A DNA stretch of 64,000 bases from Folioceros fuciformis (Eukaryota): NCBI GenBank assembly GCA_049999805.1, contig JBNGIO010005439.1, forward strand, positions 1 to 64,000, in the 5' to 3' direction. This document shows positions 23,339 through 36,514 of the stretch, in pieces. Every line of letters begins with the position of its first letter. The stretch's first letter is position 1. The notes below the pieces were generated by a model. That model saw nothing but the letters and a program-made list of their open reading frames with translations, was not told the DNA's origin and did not search any database. Position numbers and translations under genes: made by a program.

Positions 23339-24560
23339 GCCCGGATTGACTGTTGGTACATCCAGCTCCCTGCATTCAAGAATTTACTGCCTGCTCGTTC
23401 CCTCCTGCTTGCCAATGCGAGGCAGCCACATTATCTGCAGCTGCAGCTGCAGCAGGAGCCTCCGCACCGCAATTTTCCCTCCTGCTCAGATTGTGGTGAC
23501 GTGTGCGGCCATGAGGCCCCTGCTGGCGGAGTACACTGCCTGGTGTGCGAGCCTCCCACGCGGTGCCGCGCTGCTGCTTCCTTGCTCCCTTCTTCCCCTT
23601 CTTTCCTTATGTCCGCGCCAGCAGCATTGCTCTCAAGAAGAATCCGGCGGCAGATAATTGTAATAGACGCAAGCCAGCCTAGCCAGCAGGCGTGCCAAGT
23701 GGGTCAAGCTGTGGGCCTGGTCTCCGCCCCCTCACTTGTGTCTTGTTGTTTCGCTCCAATCTACCCAAATAATCTCACAGATGTGGAAATTCCCGTATCC
23801 ATGTGCCGCTCCAGCATCTCGATGTGGATCGATCGGTTAGGCTTATCCATACCACCTCAAAAACACTACTTCCTCATACAGTAGTACTGCAACGACAACA
23901 CCATGCAACCCACATGTGCAAACCCTTGGAAGGGAAAAAAAAGGCAAAACAAAACAACAAGAGAGAGAAACAAAAAATTTTGCATGAAAGGTCATACCTT
24001 CAAAAGTAGTGTCATATAAAAAATTTACCGATGAAGTAAAAAAAAATATCATATAATTACAAATATATACAAGGTTTTATTATTAAAAAAAGGCAAAAAA
24101 AGAGTTTATCTACCCCATAACGTAACCAAAGGAAATGAACCTTAAAAGAGTACAAACCTAACCCAAGGAATCATTCTCGTTGCCATCAATCTTGTAGTAC
24201 TTGCTTACCTTGTTGAGAATATCAAAATTTGTAATAAGAAAAGGCAAAAGGCAAGCTCATCCTTTGCACTCATTGTCGCTCTACACCCTATCTCGCTCTA
24301 CATAATGTCTCTATCAACACCCCACCGCACATTAGGGTTAGGAACTTTCTTTGTAGGAAGAAAGTTACTTGCATGGAAAACCTAGTATCTGGATCTTGCA
24401 TCCAAACAAAGAGGTAAGTGTGGGAGAAGAACACTATCCTTCACAATACAAAAAGAGGAAAGTTAGGATAGGAGTAGAGACGCTTCTAGCCCCCCAAGGA
24501 GAAATTGTTCAAGACAAATGCCCCAGAACAAAGGGTAGAAACATTTTAGCAAAGGCAAAC

Positions 24561-24797
24561 TAGCAGCAATCCATTCGAAGTGCTAGGGCCAACTGACATC
24601 TTCAAAATAAGAAAACCATCTTTAAACCTAGAACCTGTGGACTACAAGATAGAATACAAAAAGCCACATAGGATTCGGTAGAAATATTTCAGCTCAGGCT
24701 AATTAGCAGCAATCCATTCCAAGTGCTTGGGCCAACCAACATCTTCAAAATAAGAAAACCATCTTTAGACCACAGCGTCAAAATAAGAAAACCATCC
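24561..24797. repeat. Imperfect ~63-bp direct repeat (2 copies plus a partial third) in an AT-rich intergenic tract
   Basis: tagcagcaatccattc..aagtgct.gggccaac..acatcttcaaaataagaaaaccatcttta at ~24561 and ~24704; tcaaaataagaaaaccatc recurs at ~24778. Confidence 0.8.
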
Positions 24798-25624
24798 TTC
24801 AGCAACGCTGTGGCCAAGGATTCCCTTATAATTGCTAGGTCTCCCTTGTAATAGAAGTGTGATATTGATAAAGGAAGAGGTGCTATGGGTGAAGCAATAT
24901 TCTCTCAAGTACAATGGAACTGTAACAGTGATAGACAAAGAGACCATGTAGAAACGAGAAGCAATATCCTCTCAAGATCCTGCAGAATGAGTCAAGATAC
25001 CAAAAGAAAAGCACTAGGACTCAGAAAAGAAAAGCAATGGTTGAGCAGGAGTATACCTTATACTTTAAGCTTTTCACTTCCACAATGGGAAGTCAGAAGA
25101 CAAGACAAGTTCCAAAGCTCCCCCAATGGAACTCTTGCCCTAAAATATAAGTGTTGTTTACTTCCGAGGATATGAGTAATACTCACGGAGCTGAAGAGAT
25201 GAATAGTGTGTATTTATTTGTACTTTTGATTTTTAATAAAAAAGATGAAACGGGGAATGAAAAGGTAGGGAAAGGGATGGCATAGGCAGAGAGGTGGGGG
25301 AGTGGATAAAATTGCACGCTGACGCCGTAGAGATGGCGACAATAAAAGTGGACGAGGACACGATGTGGGCCACGCGAGATTAATACACTATAGCTACCAG
25401 GGGGCAGCGACGTGAGACAACAAGACGCTGCATCCGTACGGAATAAATTGGTGTTGCTTGGAATACAATGCACATATACTAGGAGGCGAGGCGATAGAAT
25501 TAAATATCTGGAATGAGTGCTTATCCGGCCCGGCCCCGCTCAGACGGTGGAAGGGTTGCGTGACGGACTTGGTGGAAGGCACTGACTCGGAATCGGATCC
25601 CGTGACCCGGGTGTCGGCCGCAGA

Positions 25625-28583
25625 ATGTTGGCCCATCCGTCCCCCGCGCTGTCGGCCAGCAAGTGCGCCTGCTCGCGGGAACCTCTGCTGCGTCCCGCGC
25701 CCGCGGGGCCGCCAACCCTTGCCTTGAAGCAGTCGGGGGAATGTTGGCAGCGACGGAGCTGGAGGGTGCGGGATTCGGGGCGGAGTAGGGACGCATTGCT
25801 CTCCGCGCAGGACCATGGAGGCCAGCGGCGTTGGAGATGGAGGTGTCCTGCCAGGGCTGCGCTGGCTGTCGATGCGGCTGCTCCCACAACCACGCCCATG
25901 GGATTGGAGGTGGTGGAGATTCCGGAGCCGAATTCGCGGGTATGGTTGTTGCGTGGTCGGTGCTTCTGTGTGTGTGGAGCGGGGGTCTGGGTTTGGGGTT
26001 TGAGATTTGGATCATCTGTGGTGATGGATGTGTGGGGATGGCAGGTGCGTCTCGCTATCACCGTGCCGGCGGATGTGTGTAAGGATAGTTACGAGCAGCT
26101 TATAAAGGAGCTCAGTAAGAAGACTAAGGTGGAGGCCGGGTTTTGAACCATTCCTTGAGTGCGTCGGGGTGAGTGAGCTTGTGTGTGGTGTTTGTGTGCT
26201 GAGTTTGGCTTTTGATGACCAGGTGCCTGGCTTCCGGCCTGGGAAGAGAGTGCCGGAGTCTGTGCTCGTGGACTATGTTGGAACGCAGAAGGTGAGGGCT
26301 TCTGCGGTTGAGTCCATTCTGAAGAGGACGCTTGGAGAAGCCATGGCCTCGGTGAGTCGTCCGCTGCTTTCGTGCACTGTGCGGCAGCAGGGAGCTTGAC
26401 TCCGGTTCTGGTTGTACGTACAACGATGCTCATTAGGGGTCCTCGCAGGTTGCCGACCGAGCTGTGAAGGAATCTGAGCATATCGTGAGCAAGTTTGACG
26501 ATCTCCAGGCCTCTTTCTCGCCTTCTGCTCCTCTCAGGTGCTAGTCGGGGATTGTCATGTTGTGTCAGTATCGACAGGGGAGTGGAGTTTGCGTCCCCCC
26601 TTCGTGTAGCCCTGTGTTGCGCTATGTTAACGGCGGATACTATTGGAATAGCTATGAAGTGGCAGTGGACGTGATCCCAGAAATTAAGTGGACGTCTGAG
26701 CGAGCTTATAAGCATCTCAAGGTTGAGGTGGAGGTGGAGGATGAGTCAGCGGCCCAACTGGTCGCTGACACAGAGTTGAGGTCTCGGCACAAGGATCTGG
26801 GCTCGCTCAAGATCGTGCAGGGTAGAGGGATACAGGTATCATGACGTCAAGCGTGCTGCCAGCTTTCCAACAGGCATTTGCCCTCAGGGATCGTGACAAG
26901 TGCGTGCTTTCAGATGGGAGATGTGGCCATAGTGGACATTTCTGCGCATCGGGTGAAGGAGGATGGCTCTATTGGTGACAAGATACTGTCTGCTGAACAG
27001 AAAGGTACTGCTTCCGACCGCACTCTCGCCTTTAACATTTGTGGTTGAGCAGATGAGCCCTTTCCTTTTCAGCCTCACGTAACTTTTACCTTCTCTTTTA
27101 CAGGATTTCAGCTAGATACTGAGGAAGCAGCCAATCTACTCCCTGGTCTGGTGGAAGGGGTGATTGGGCTAAAGATAGAGGACAGTCGTACGTTTGACCT
27201 AATTTTTCCTGATACCTGGCAACAGGAGGCTCTTCGGGGAGTCACTGGACGATTCCTTGTTAGTATCCCACGGGACCTGATCAGTGTCCTGCCTAACCAA
27301 TCATCCATTTCTATTTGTCTCAAACTTGGTTTCTCGTCCTTTGAATCTAATGTATCTTTGTGTGCCGCCTTCAGGTCGAAGCCAAGGAGCTCTTCGTAAG
27401 AATTCTACCTGAGCTAGACGATTCTATTGCAGGAAAGCTTGTTGAGAACTGTACAACTATTAGTCAGGTGGGGCGAACCTCGTATATGGAGAGTTTTTGG
27501 CATTTAAGCTACGATGAGGCTTGGATGATGGATCTATCTGTTTCACTTGTGAATACGGGTGGTTCACGTATCAGGTGAGAGAAGTTTTGCTCAAAAAGCA
27601 CCAGAAGCGAATCGAGGAGATGAGGAAACAAGACGTGAACATGGCCATCACTGGTGAGCTTGCAAAGGTCCGTCAACTGCTCCACTGAAACACTTTTCGC
27701 GGGCATTCCGCACGTTCTATGTTCCAGGCTGTTGGAAACGTCGGCAAACATGACAGATTCTTGTCCACTTCTCAGGTTGTAGTCGTCGATGTTCCCAATT
27801 CCTTGCTAGAGGAACAGGGAAGGCAAATGTATGCTTCTAAGCTGATGGAGTTGCAGGTTAGATCGCTGAGTATTAGGTGGGAAGTTAAGCTTTTGATTGC
27901 TCACGATGATTGCTGGAGTGCGTCTGGAGAGTTATGTTGTTGAATGGGTGGTTTTGTCGCAGTATTTCCACACAACATTTGTCGAACGACTGGCTAAATT
28001 TTCAACTTGTCATTGGTGCAGGCTAGCATGAAGCTGGGTAAAGAACAGCTGACACAGTTTACAGCTCCAGAGATGGTGGAGAATTATCTTTTACAGAAAA
28101 AGGAGACCATAAAAGATGCCGTGAAGATTTCCTTAGCAGTTGCAGAGATCTACAAGCTGGAGAATCTATCGGTACCAACGTCTTCTTTCACGGACTGTCT
28201 GCGCATCTCGTTGCTGCTTTCTGAGTTAGGGTGGAGTTGAATCTTTTTGACGGTCATCATGAAATTTCAGTATTCTGAAGAGGAGCTGAACAAGGAGGTG
28301 GACATAGCCATCGCTGAATTCGAACAATACAAGCAGGAGTATGAGAAGACCCGAGTGCGAGAGCAGGTAACCATCTTCAATCCAGGTAGAATGATGGTTC
28401 GTCTCCTCAGTCGTAGTCTGTCTAACGAACCTGTACCCTTTGTTCTGATCATCCTGCCAGGCTCAGGAGATGCTAGAAGGATCCAAGGTGCTGGATTGGC
28501 TTCTCGAAAATGTGCAGGTCACGTATGTGCCGAAGAAGCCTGACGAGTCCTACAGGTTTTCTTTCAAATCTGACAGGTCATGA
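25625..28583 (+). CDS. TIG: Chloroplast trigger factor-like chaperone (multi-exon)
   Basis: Transit-peptide-like N-terminus, ribosome-binding signature VPGFRPGK, YEVAVDVIPEIKW, PPIase-region LPGLVEGVIG, C-terminal QEMLEGSKVLDWL. Confidence 0.92.
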
Positions 28584-29087
28584 GGGGAGTTTTGTAGCTA
28601 ACGGAAGAGTGGGCACTCGCACGCGCACGGTCTCCGATTTGAAGACGTGTGTCGGGAGTATCTAGTGAGAAGTTTGAGGCAAGGCACATTCTTCGTTCCC
28701 ACGTCCCTAGTGTGTACATGCCTGCTAAGCTGACATTGTCAGTCACGCCCAAATCCCTAACACGCCACAACTGTTGGGGCGAGTGGGTTTTGGCTTGGTG
28801 TGCACATGTCCGGCTGGAAGGAGATTCTACAATATCTATATCGGCCCTGAAGCTTCTCTTGGTACTTGCGCACAAACGTACAGCCTCACATGGGATTTGC
28901 GTGAGTGTCTAGAATACTACAACGTTGTACCCCCCTTCAGAGGTTGGCGTTCCGACCAGTCCAGTCCTTCATTGCGGGGATCGGAATGGAGAACGCGTTC
29001 CGACCTTTGGAATGTCGGCACGGGCAGGCACGCAGCTGTGAATCCAAAACCCCTTCCGAGCAGGTGAACTCCTTCGTAAGCTGCATC

Positions 29088-29219
29088 TATCCATATCCAT
29101 ATCCATATCCATATCTGACGTCGGAGCAGTACAGTCGACCCTCCCTACCCCTAATTGGGACCAAGTGGGAGGTTATCGGAGATGTACAGTCGACCCTCCC
29201 TATCCATAGTTGGGACCAA
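29088..29219. repeat. (ATATCC)n microsatellite followed by a 35-bp direct repeat with 55-bp period
   Basis: tatccatatccatatccatatcc, then tacagtcgaccctcccta...ttgggaccaa at 29130 and 29185. Confidence 0.75.
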
Positions 29220-30386
29220 TCGGCAGTAACCCCAGAGAGGTAAGGGAGGTTTCCCGTTTAAATTTTCGCCATTTAAAAAATTAGATAACAAGAAAAAAAG
29301 AAGAAAATAAACGACAAAGTCGCTTCATAGGAATTCCCTTCTGGGGAGGGCGGACTGGTATTCCGTTCCCTCCAGCTCGTTTCGTGGCGAGTCTCGCAGA
29401 TATCCGTGTCAGGAATACGCATATCCAGCGATGGTACATGGGAAGGTGCTTGTTGTTGCATGTACTGCAGTACATCCAAGGGGAGCGCTTAGCTGTGTGG
29501 ATCTGCTCCTCACGCTCTTCACAAGGTTACATACAGGTACGCTGCTGCTTCTGCTGGAAGCCAGGGTTCATGTCCCAGTACCCCAAACGGCGACAAGGGT
29601 TTCTGCGGTCGCCTCCGCGTCAACCACATGCCGGTAACAGTTACTCCGGCACAATCTGAGCCTTCATCTCCGCGGCTGGGGACATGCTGTTTCAGTGGAC
29701 CGCGGCGAACATTCCTCTGCAAACGCCAGCTCCCGGAAGTGTAGGTAGCGAGCGAAATCAGGTTGCTAAATCAAATTGCGAATCGTAGCTGCTGCATGTG
29801 GTAGACATCACTTCACTTGACTCTAAAAATTGCTCACTCTAACCGACCGAACAGTGAGGGAGAACTGGAGGCCCCGACTGTAGGAAGACAGCCAATCCTG
29901 TGGCTTACGGAGCAAGCAACTGCTTAGGTAGCACGCTCTATGATTGGAGGCGCAAGTCACACCTGGAAAGCAGATGATCGGCCCGAGGTTCCACAAGATT
30001 GGCCTGTAAGAATGATTCTTTTACATGGATGCTTTCGCTGCATCTGACTTGTGAGAAGCGGTTGCCTACACAGCGCCGCGGTTACGGACTCTGGGCCACA
30101 TTCGTCGCTCACGCGGATTGTCTGCATCCGCCTTTACCTCCCCTGCTTATATTGCACGCCTGCATCTGCATTTGTGTTGGCTTCGGCTGAGCGCTTCAAT
30201 TCCCCTCGACGCCTGCATGCTCGCCTGCGCTGCAACTCCGCGTCCTGTGGCCGCCTCAAAACTCGGCGTCGCCACTTCGTACGGGGGGAACTACCACTGC
30301 TGTGAATGCAGCGGTGCATTATATTTTGCCTCAGTTAACTCGGTTGCTGTCGCCTTCGTCTGGCACAAGCGCCTCTAGTCACCGCC

Positions 30387-33300
30387 ATGGATCCTTCGCG
30401 AGCCTTCGTTCGAGACGTCAAGCGGGTGGTGATCAAGGTATGGGCTTGGGTGCTTGGAATTGCAGCTCTGGCACCGCGCGGACGGGTGTTCACTGAGGGG
30501 GACGGGACGCTGTGCAGGTGGGCACTGCTGTGGTCACCAGACCGGATGGCAAGCTGGCTGTGGGTCGCCTCGGCTGTTTGTGCGAGCAGGTCCGGCTGAC
30601 GAGCAAGGTTTTTGGGCCAATTGGGAGTGCCACATTCCTGCATTTGGCCTGAGGAATTTCTGTACTGCTGTAGGTGCAAGCGCTCCTGTCTGAGCAAATT
30701 GACGTCATTTTCGTGACGTCTGGCGCAGTCGGCGTGGGCCGTCAGAAGCTGCGGCACCAGCACCTCCTGAACAGCAGGTGCGATGCCAATGCAGGATGCA
30801 GGGCTGGAGCCTAGTCTGTTTCCTTGGAGGGATGTTACTCTGGATGACATCTTTGCTTGCCATCGCGCTCCCTCAAACCAGCGGCACGTCGTTGGCATGT
30901 GTGTAGCTTCAAGGATCTGCACAACGATCTGCATCAGCTGGTACTGGATGGTAAAGCTTGTGCAGCAGTGGGTCAGAGTGGACTCATGGCACTCTACGAG
31001 AGCTTGTTCTCCCAGGTCCTTATGACGAAACTATCTATGGATCGTTGAAAATCTTGGATTTTCCTACTTGCAACACTCATCTTGACTTGTTTCTTAACAT
31101 CCTGTTTCTGCTTTTTCAGCTCGGGGTTGAACAGGCACAGCTCCTTGTCACGGACCGTGATTTTAAAGATGTAGAATTTCGTCATCAACTTAGCTCCACA
31201 GTGAATGCTTTACTAGCACATCGTGTGGTTCCAATTTTCAATGAGAATGACGCCATCAGTACCCGCAAGGCTCCGTACAAGGTTTGAAGTGTCTCCTTGT
31301 CTTTCACTTGCTTCCTCTTTTAGCAAATCGTATCTGAAGATCTCAACTCGAATGGAAGAGGGGTTTGTCTGATCTGTTGTCTTCGTCATACTTAATGCTG
31401 GTATGTCGCAAAATCAGGATGCAACCGGGATTTTTTGGGACAATGACAGTCTAGCAGCCCTCCTTGCGTTGGAGCTTAAAGCGGACCTGCTCATTCTTCT
31501 GAGCGACGTGGAGGGACTGTACACTGGTCCTCCAAGTGACCCACAGTCACAACTCATTCACACTTACTTGAAAGAGAAGCATGAGAATACAGTGACTTTT
31601 GGGGAGAAGTCCCGGGTCGGGAGAGGTGGGATGACAGCAAAAGTATTTGCTGCTTGGAATGCAGCTTCTGCTGGAATTCCTGTCGTCATCACTAGGTCAG
31701 CTCTCAAGCAAGTGCCACCTTGTCGTTTGCTATCGTCTTTCTGTGCTTGCACCTGTTGTAGCATACGAGGATGGAGCAGCTAGTTCGTGATTTCTTGCTA
31801 GGCCTCAAGCCCGTTGGCAGAGTCTGAAGACCATGACTAGTCAGCTTCTGTTATCACTCTTGTGTGTTGATGCCTGAAATCCTGTGTGCTTGTCAAAGTG
31901 GATATGCCACAGATGGCATTGAAAGGGTGATGAAAGGTGAGCGTGTTGGGACTTTGTTTCACAACAAAGCTCAAGATCTGGTAGCCCTGAAGGAAGCTGG
32001 GGCGCGCGACATGGCTGTGGCAGCACGTGATGCTAGTCGCAGATTGCAGGTTGGTTGATCCCGTGTCTCCATTGTCACAGGCACTTCTATAGTTCCGTGC
32101 CGGTTTTGTGGCCTTACAGCGTTCTGTCTCTTCTGCATGACAGGGCCTGTCCTCGGCAGAAAGGAGAGAGATTTTGTTGAACGTTGCAGCTGCTTTGGAG
32201 GCAAATGAGGAAGTCATCAGGCGGGAAAACGAAGCAGATGTGGCAGCAGCAATTCAAGCTAGAATATCTCAACCGTTGGTGGATAGGCTGACAATCAAGC
32301 CAGGGAAGGTGAGCTCGACGGTTTAATCATCTAGGTCATTTCTGTCTGTAAATGCAGGCTTCTACGGACTCAAATGTTCCGCCTTTTGAAGCTTGTTTTC
32401 TCCACTGAAACTTGGCATTTCAGATCCGGAGCTTGGCATCATCAATCAGGATACTTGCAGAGATGGAGGAGCCCTTGGGACAACTATTGAAGCAGACTGA
32501 GGTTCGTTTCCTTGCCACTGGCTTCAACTTCGATTTGCCCGGGCATTCAGAGACGGACATTGCTGTCGGGGCTGAGGAAAGGAAACGAGGTGTCCAGATT
32601 GCAGTTGGTATGCCGTCCAAAACGATTTTTCCTTTTTGCAGATTGCCAAAGATCTCGTTCTCCAGAAAACTGCCTGCCCATTAGGAGTTGTTTTGGTGAT
32701 ATTTGAATCGCGCCCCGACGCATTAGTGCAAGTATGTGTGTTTCAACTGAAGACTTCTTTGGGGCTTCGATGAAATAGATCAGATGGGGGCTTTGGATGC
32801 ACGTCGATGATACATGACAATTATCCCCTGCAGATAGCATCGTTGGCAATTCGAAGTGGGAATGGCCTATTGCTGAAAGGAGGTAAAGAGGCAGCCCGTT
32901 CAAATGCTGTTCTGCACAAGGTATGGTGACGCTTCCTTGTGTGCGTCAAGCGAAACAGTTACCAGCCAATCTGGTGGTGTTGTTGATCTAGGGGTTTTTT
33001 TTATATATATTCTTGGGTTAAGCAAAGAAAGATGTTCTCCCTGTAGGTTATTACTGCAGCTATCTCAGAACCTGTTGGGCCTAATCTCATCGGTCTGGTG
33101 ACTTCCCGAGATGAGATCCCTGACTTACTGAAGGTGTGATATCTAGGTTGTTGTGCCTGTGTTTATTTCCATTGTTGCCACTGACCTTTTATTGCAACCT
33201 TAACCCGGGTTGTTGCTGATGATACTTGACTTGTGTGTAGCTGGATGATGTGATTGATCTTGTCATACCAAGAGGGAGTAATCAATTGGTTACACAGATC

Positions 33301-34897
33301 AAGTCTTTAACAAAGATTCCTGTTTTGGGCCATGCAGGTTGGTTGTAAACTCAAGACTTTGTGTTAGAAACCAGGTACTGATGAAGAGCAATGGACTGAC
33401 TTAGGGCTGTTGTTTCACGGGTGGCAGATGGAGTTTGTCATGTTTATCTGGATAAGGCGATCAATTGGGCCAAGGCTCAACAAATTGTCCTGGATTCGAA
33501 AGTGGACTACCCATCTGCCTGCAATGCTATGGTAAGGTTTTGAGTCGTCCGCCTATTCACGCATTTCAGTTTGGACTCAAATGGAGTTTCTCTTTGCTGC
33601 AATGTATGGCTCGTGTCAGCATGGTGGCACCCATTAACATCTGGAGGTTGTTGGGCTGACCTTAGGAAACGCTCCTTGTACATGAAGAGCTACTTGAGTC
33701 CAGTGGATTGCAACTGTTGGTAGTCGCTCTCCAAGAGAAAGGTCAGACTCCGCTCAACTTCAGCGTTGTGCGCTAGTTGGTTCCTTGTTCTCGACAGTGA
33801 GTTTCAAGAAAATGGGGTTGTTATGATGTGTCCATCAAGATTATTATTGACCAATTGCATGATTTGCTCAGGTGTACAAATATATGGGGGCAAACGAGCT
33901 GCAGAGGTTATGCAATTGCCATTAGCCGCAGATTTGCATCGGGAATATAGCTCATTGGCTTGCACACTGGAAATAGTGGAAAATGTGGAGGCTGCAATTA
34001 AGCACATTCATGAGAACGGGAGGTATGGGTTGTATGGCGGTAGCTCTCCTTGTACAAAGTGCTATTTCACGCCCATCTGGTGAATCTAACTTATGCGTGC
34101 CATGGCAGTGCACATACTGACTGTGTCATCACCGAGGATCCTGCTGTCGCAGCAACCTTCCTAAATGGTGTTGACAGGTGCGGTTCACAGGTGGAACCGT
34201 TTGAAAGTTCGATTTGTAGTGTGGAAGCTAGTTCTTTGCGGGTGGAACAAAACCTTCACAGCAAACGGGCGTGTGTAGCTGCAACTAACAGATCTTTTCT
34301 GTGGGCTTGTTCAGTGCTGTGGTCATCCACGATGCAAGTACTCGATTCTGCGATGGAGCCCGGTTTGGTCTTGGAGCTGAGGTATAATTCGTTTGAGGCG
34401 TTTGAAACTAGAACTCAGGCAGGATGGATCGATAGCAGACAGTGGATCTACCGTGTTGCATGTAGTTGCTCGAAGTGACACATCAGTTTGTGGACTTCTG
34501 TCCAGGTGGGCATCAGCACTAGCAGGATACATGCACGAGGACCTGTGGGAGTAGAAGGACTTCTCACAACCAGATGGTAACTGCTTCTGAGCACCTTAGC
34601 TCCTGCTTCTAGCTTTGTCTTGTGAAATGCTGCTCGTTCTAACAGTGTGGGCTTTGTGTCACTCCCTCCAGGCTGGTGAAAGGGAGTGGCCAGATTGTAG
34701 ATGGTGATCGAGGTGTAGTATACACGCACAAGGATCTTGGCGTAAAAGCTGCATCAATCGGTACTGCTAACGGCACTGCAACGGGCTCAGCTAATGGTAA
34801 AGCCAGTGTCCTCTGTAATGGTCCATCCTATGTGAAAAGTCACGTAGCAAGCAACGGGAATGTTTTTAGCAACGGTGTGGCAAGTGCTGTACAATAA
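30387..34897 (+). CDS. P5CS: Delta-1-pyrroline-5-carboxylate synthase (gamma-glutamyl kinase + GSA dehydrogenase), multi-exon
   Basis: [107 protein letters not shown]. Confidence 0.96.
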
Positions 34898-36436
34898 GCA
34901 TGACCTTCCAAAATGTGGGAAGATCAGCTGGTTGGTCTTTGCGAGGAAAAGTTCTTTGAAAAGCCTGCGAAGTTAGGCTGGTTGGTGTATAACGATATGT
35001 GGGTAGCGGCCTGGACAGTAGGCTGACGCTAACAGGGTACGTGAGGAGCAACCCGGGCACATTGCCGAGAATTTTAACAAAGTGGGAGCGGGAGCAATAA
35101 ACTTTGTAACCCGCGATGACAGTATTTGACGGATCGCTTCTGAAGATGCAGAATTGTTGTAGACCTTCCGTGGGTATAGGGTATTATTGTTTTGGCAACC
35201 GATGTGGGACCTCATCCTTTTCGGACGTGATGAAGAAGGAGGTTGAGCAACAGCAAACGTGGACTGTAGTACTGTATGTATTTCCCTCTGTACATATCAA
35301 CGTTTACATGAGTCGAAGTTTGCTCCAAAAATGAATGACGGCTTCGAGAAAGTATCTAGCGAGAGGCGTGGCATGTAGGTAGTTCTGAAAGGGCACTTGC
35401 ACAGGAGGAAGTGTACTGTAAGTTTGATCTTGTCTCTTTTGCTTTCCATGGGAATCGAGGGTCAGGGAGTAGATGTTCTTGTAGAGACTAAAAAAGCAAC
35501 TCCGAAATCGCCGGACACCAGCAATAATTTGAACCCAATAAGGAAGAGACAGGCATAACACCGCCTGTCCAACTCCTAGCCAGTTTTAATCTAATAATAG
35601 CTCTAGGGCCCCAAGTAGCTATTGTCCTTTGTGCTGCGCTTCATTCCATAAACACTTCAACGACAAAGCCTAGCAATCTACTCTGAAGTGGCTTTTCGGC
35701 CTGGACTCTTGACAGGCTGGCTCTCCGCCGTCTCCATAGCCATAGCTCTCTTCTCACAGAGGTCACAAAGCATTTAAATCCCTTCCTCAAAATTCCATCA
35801 AATGTAATCAGGGAGGAGTAGAAGTCTTGAACAGGCGTGGACCAGAGCAAAAGAGCGGGTGTACGTATCTCTATATACATGTATAGAGTTTACATTTTCA
35901 AGTGGTCTAGATTTAGCTGCAGATTTTATGCCGGTCTGGTGTGCTGGTGTTTTGTCAAGCCTCTGCGAACTTGTCAGTGAGCTGGCGGATGGATCCGCGG
36001 GCCCGGTACTTTTTCTGTTCTTTTCTGGGACGCGGCGGTGCCCTTTTTAGGGTTTGGATGGAAAGCAGGTCAGGTGCACCGGCAGACGTTCCGCTCCCAC
36101 GGAGCTCCTGGGCCGGGTATCTCCCAGGATATGTGCTGCAACGGTGTGACGGTGCTCAACGGTGTAATCTGGAGGTGCATACGGGCCGAAAATGTTTCAT
36201 CGTCTCGCACTTTGCAGTGCATTGAAATTGTAGAAACTCTGTTGGGTTGGGTATAACTGGGGATGGAGGCCTGTACAGTAGCTCCATCATTTCAAGAGAT
36301 ACTGCAGCGCAGCGCAACGCAGGCAGCGGGGACAGTTGGGAACCCCACCTTTACTTGTTTCCAGGAGATGCCAGAGCCGGAACGTTGATGAGAAAGCCGG
36401 AGACTATAGAGAAGCCATGCAACCAGTGGGCGGCTG

Positions 36437-36514
36437 GGCTGGAATGGGTTGGGCTGGACTGGCCTGGGCTGGGCTGGGCTGGGCTGGGCTGGGCTGGGCT
36501 GGGCTGGGCTGGGG
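36437..36514 (+). repeat. (GGGCT)n pentanucleotide repeat
   Basis: Nine perfect GGGCT copies at 36466-36510 with degenerate copies upstream. Confidence 0.95.

Noticed and set aside
21938-23884. 648-aa ORF on the + strand
   Set aside because: Antisense shadow of the GC3-rich WD40 gene; V/A/L/P-rich translation with no recognisable domain.
34740-34897. ANG/SNG-repeat C-terminal extension of P5CS
   Set aside because: Low-complexity tail with no evidence of a distinct function.
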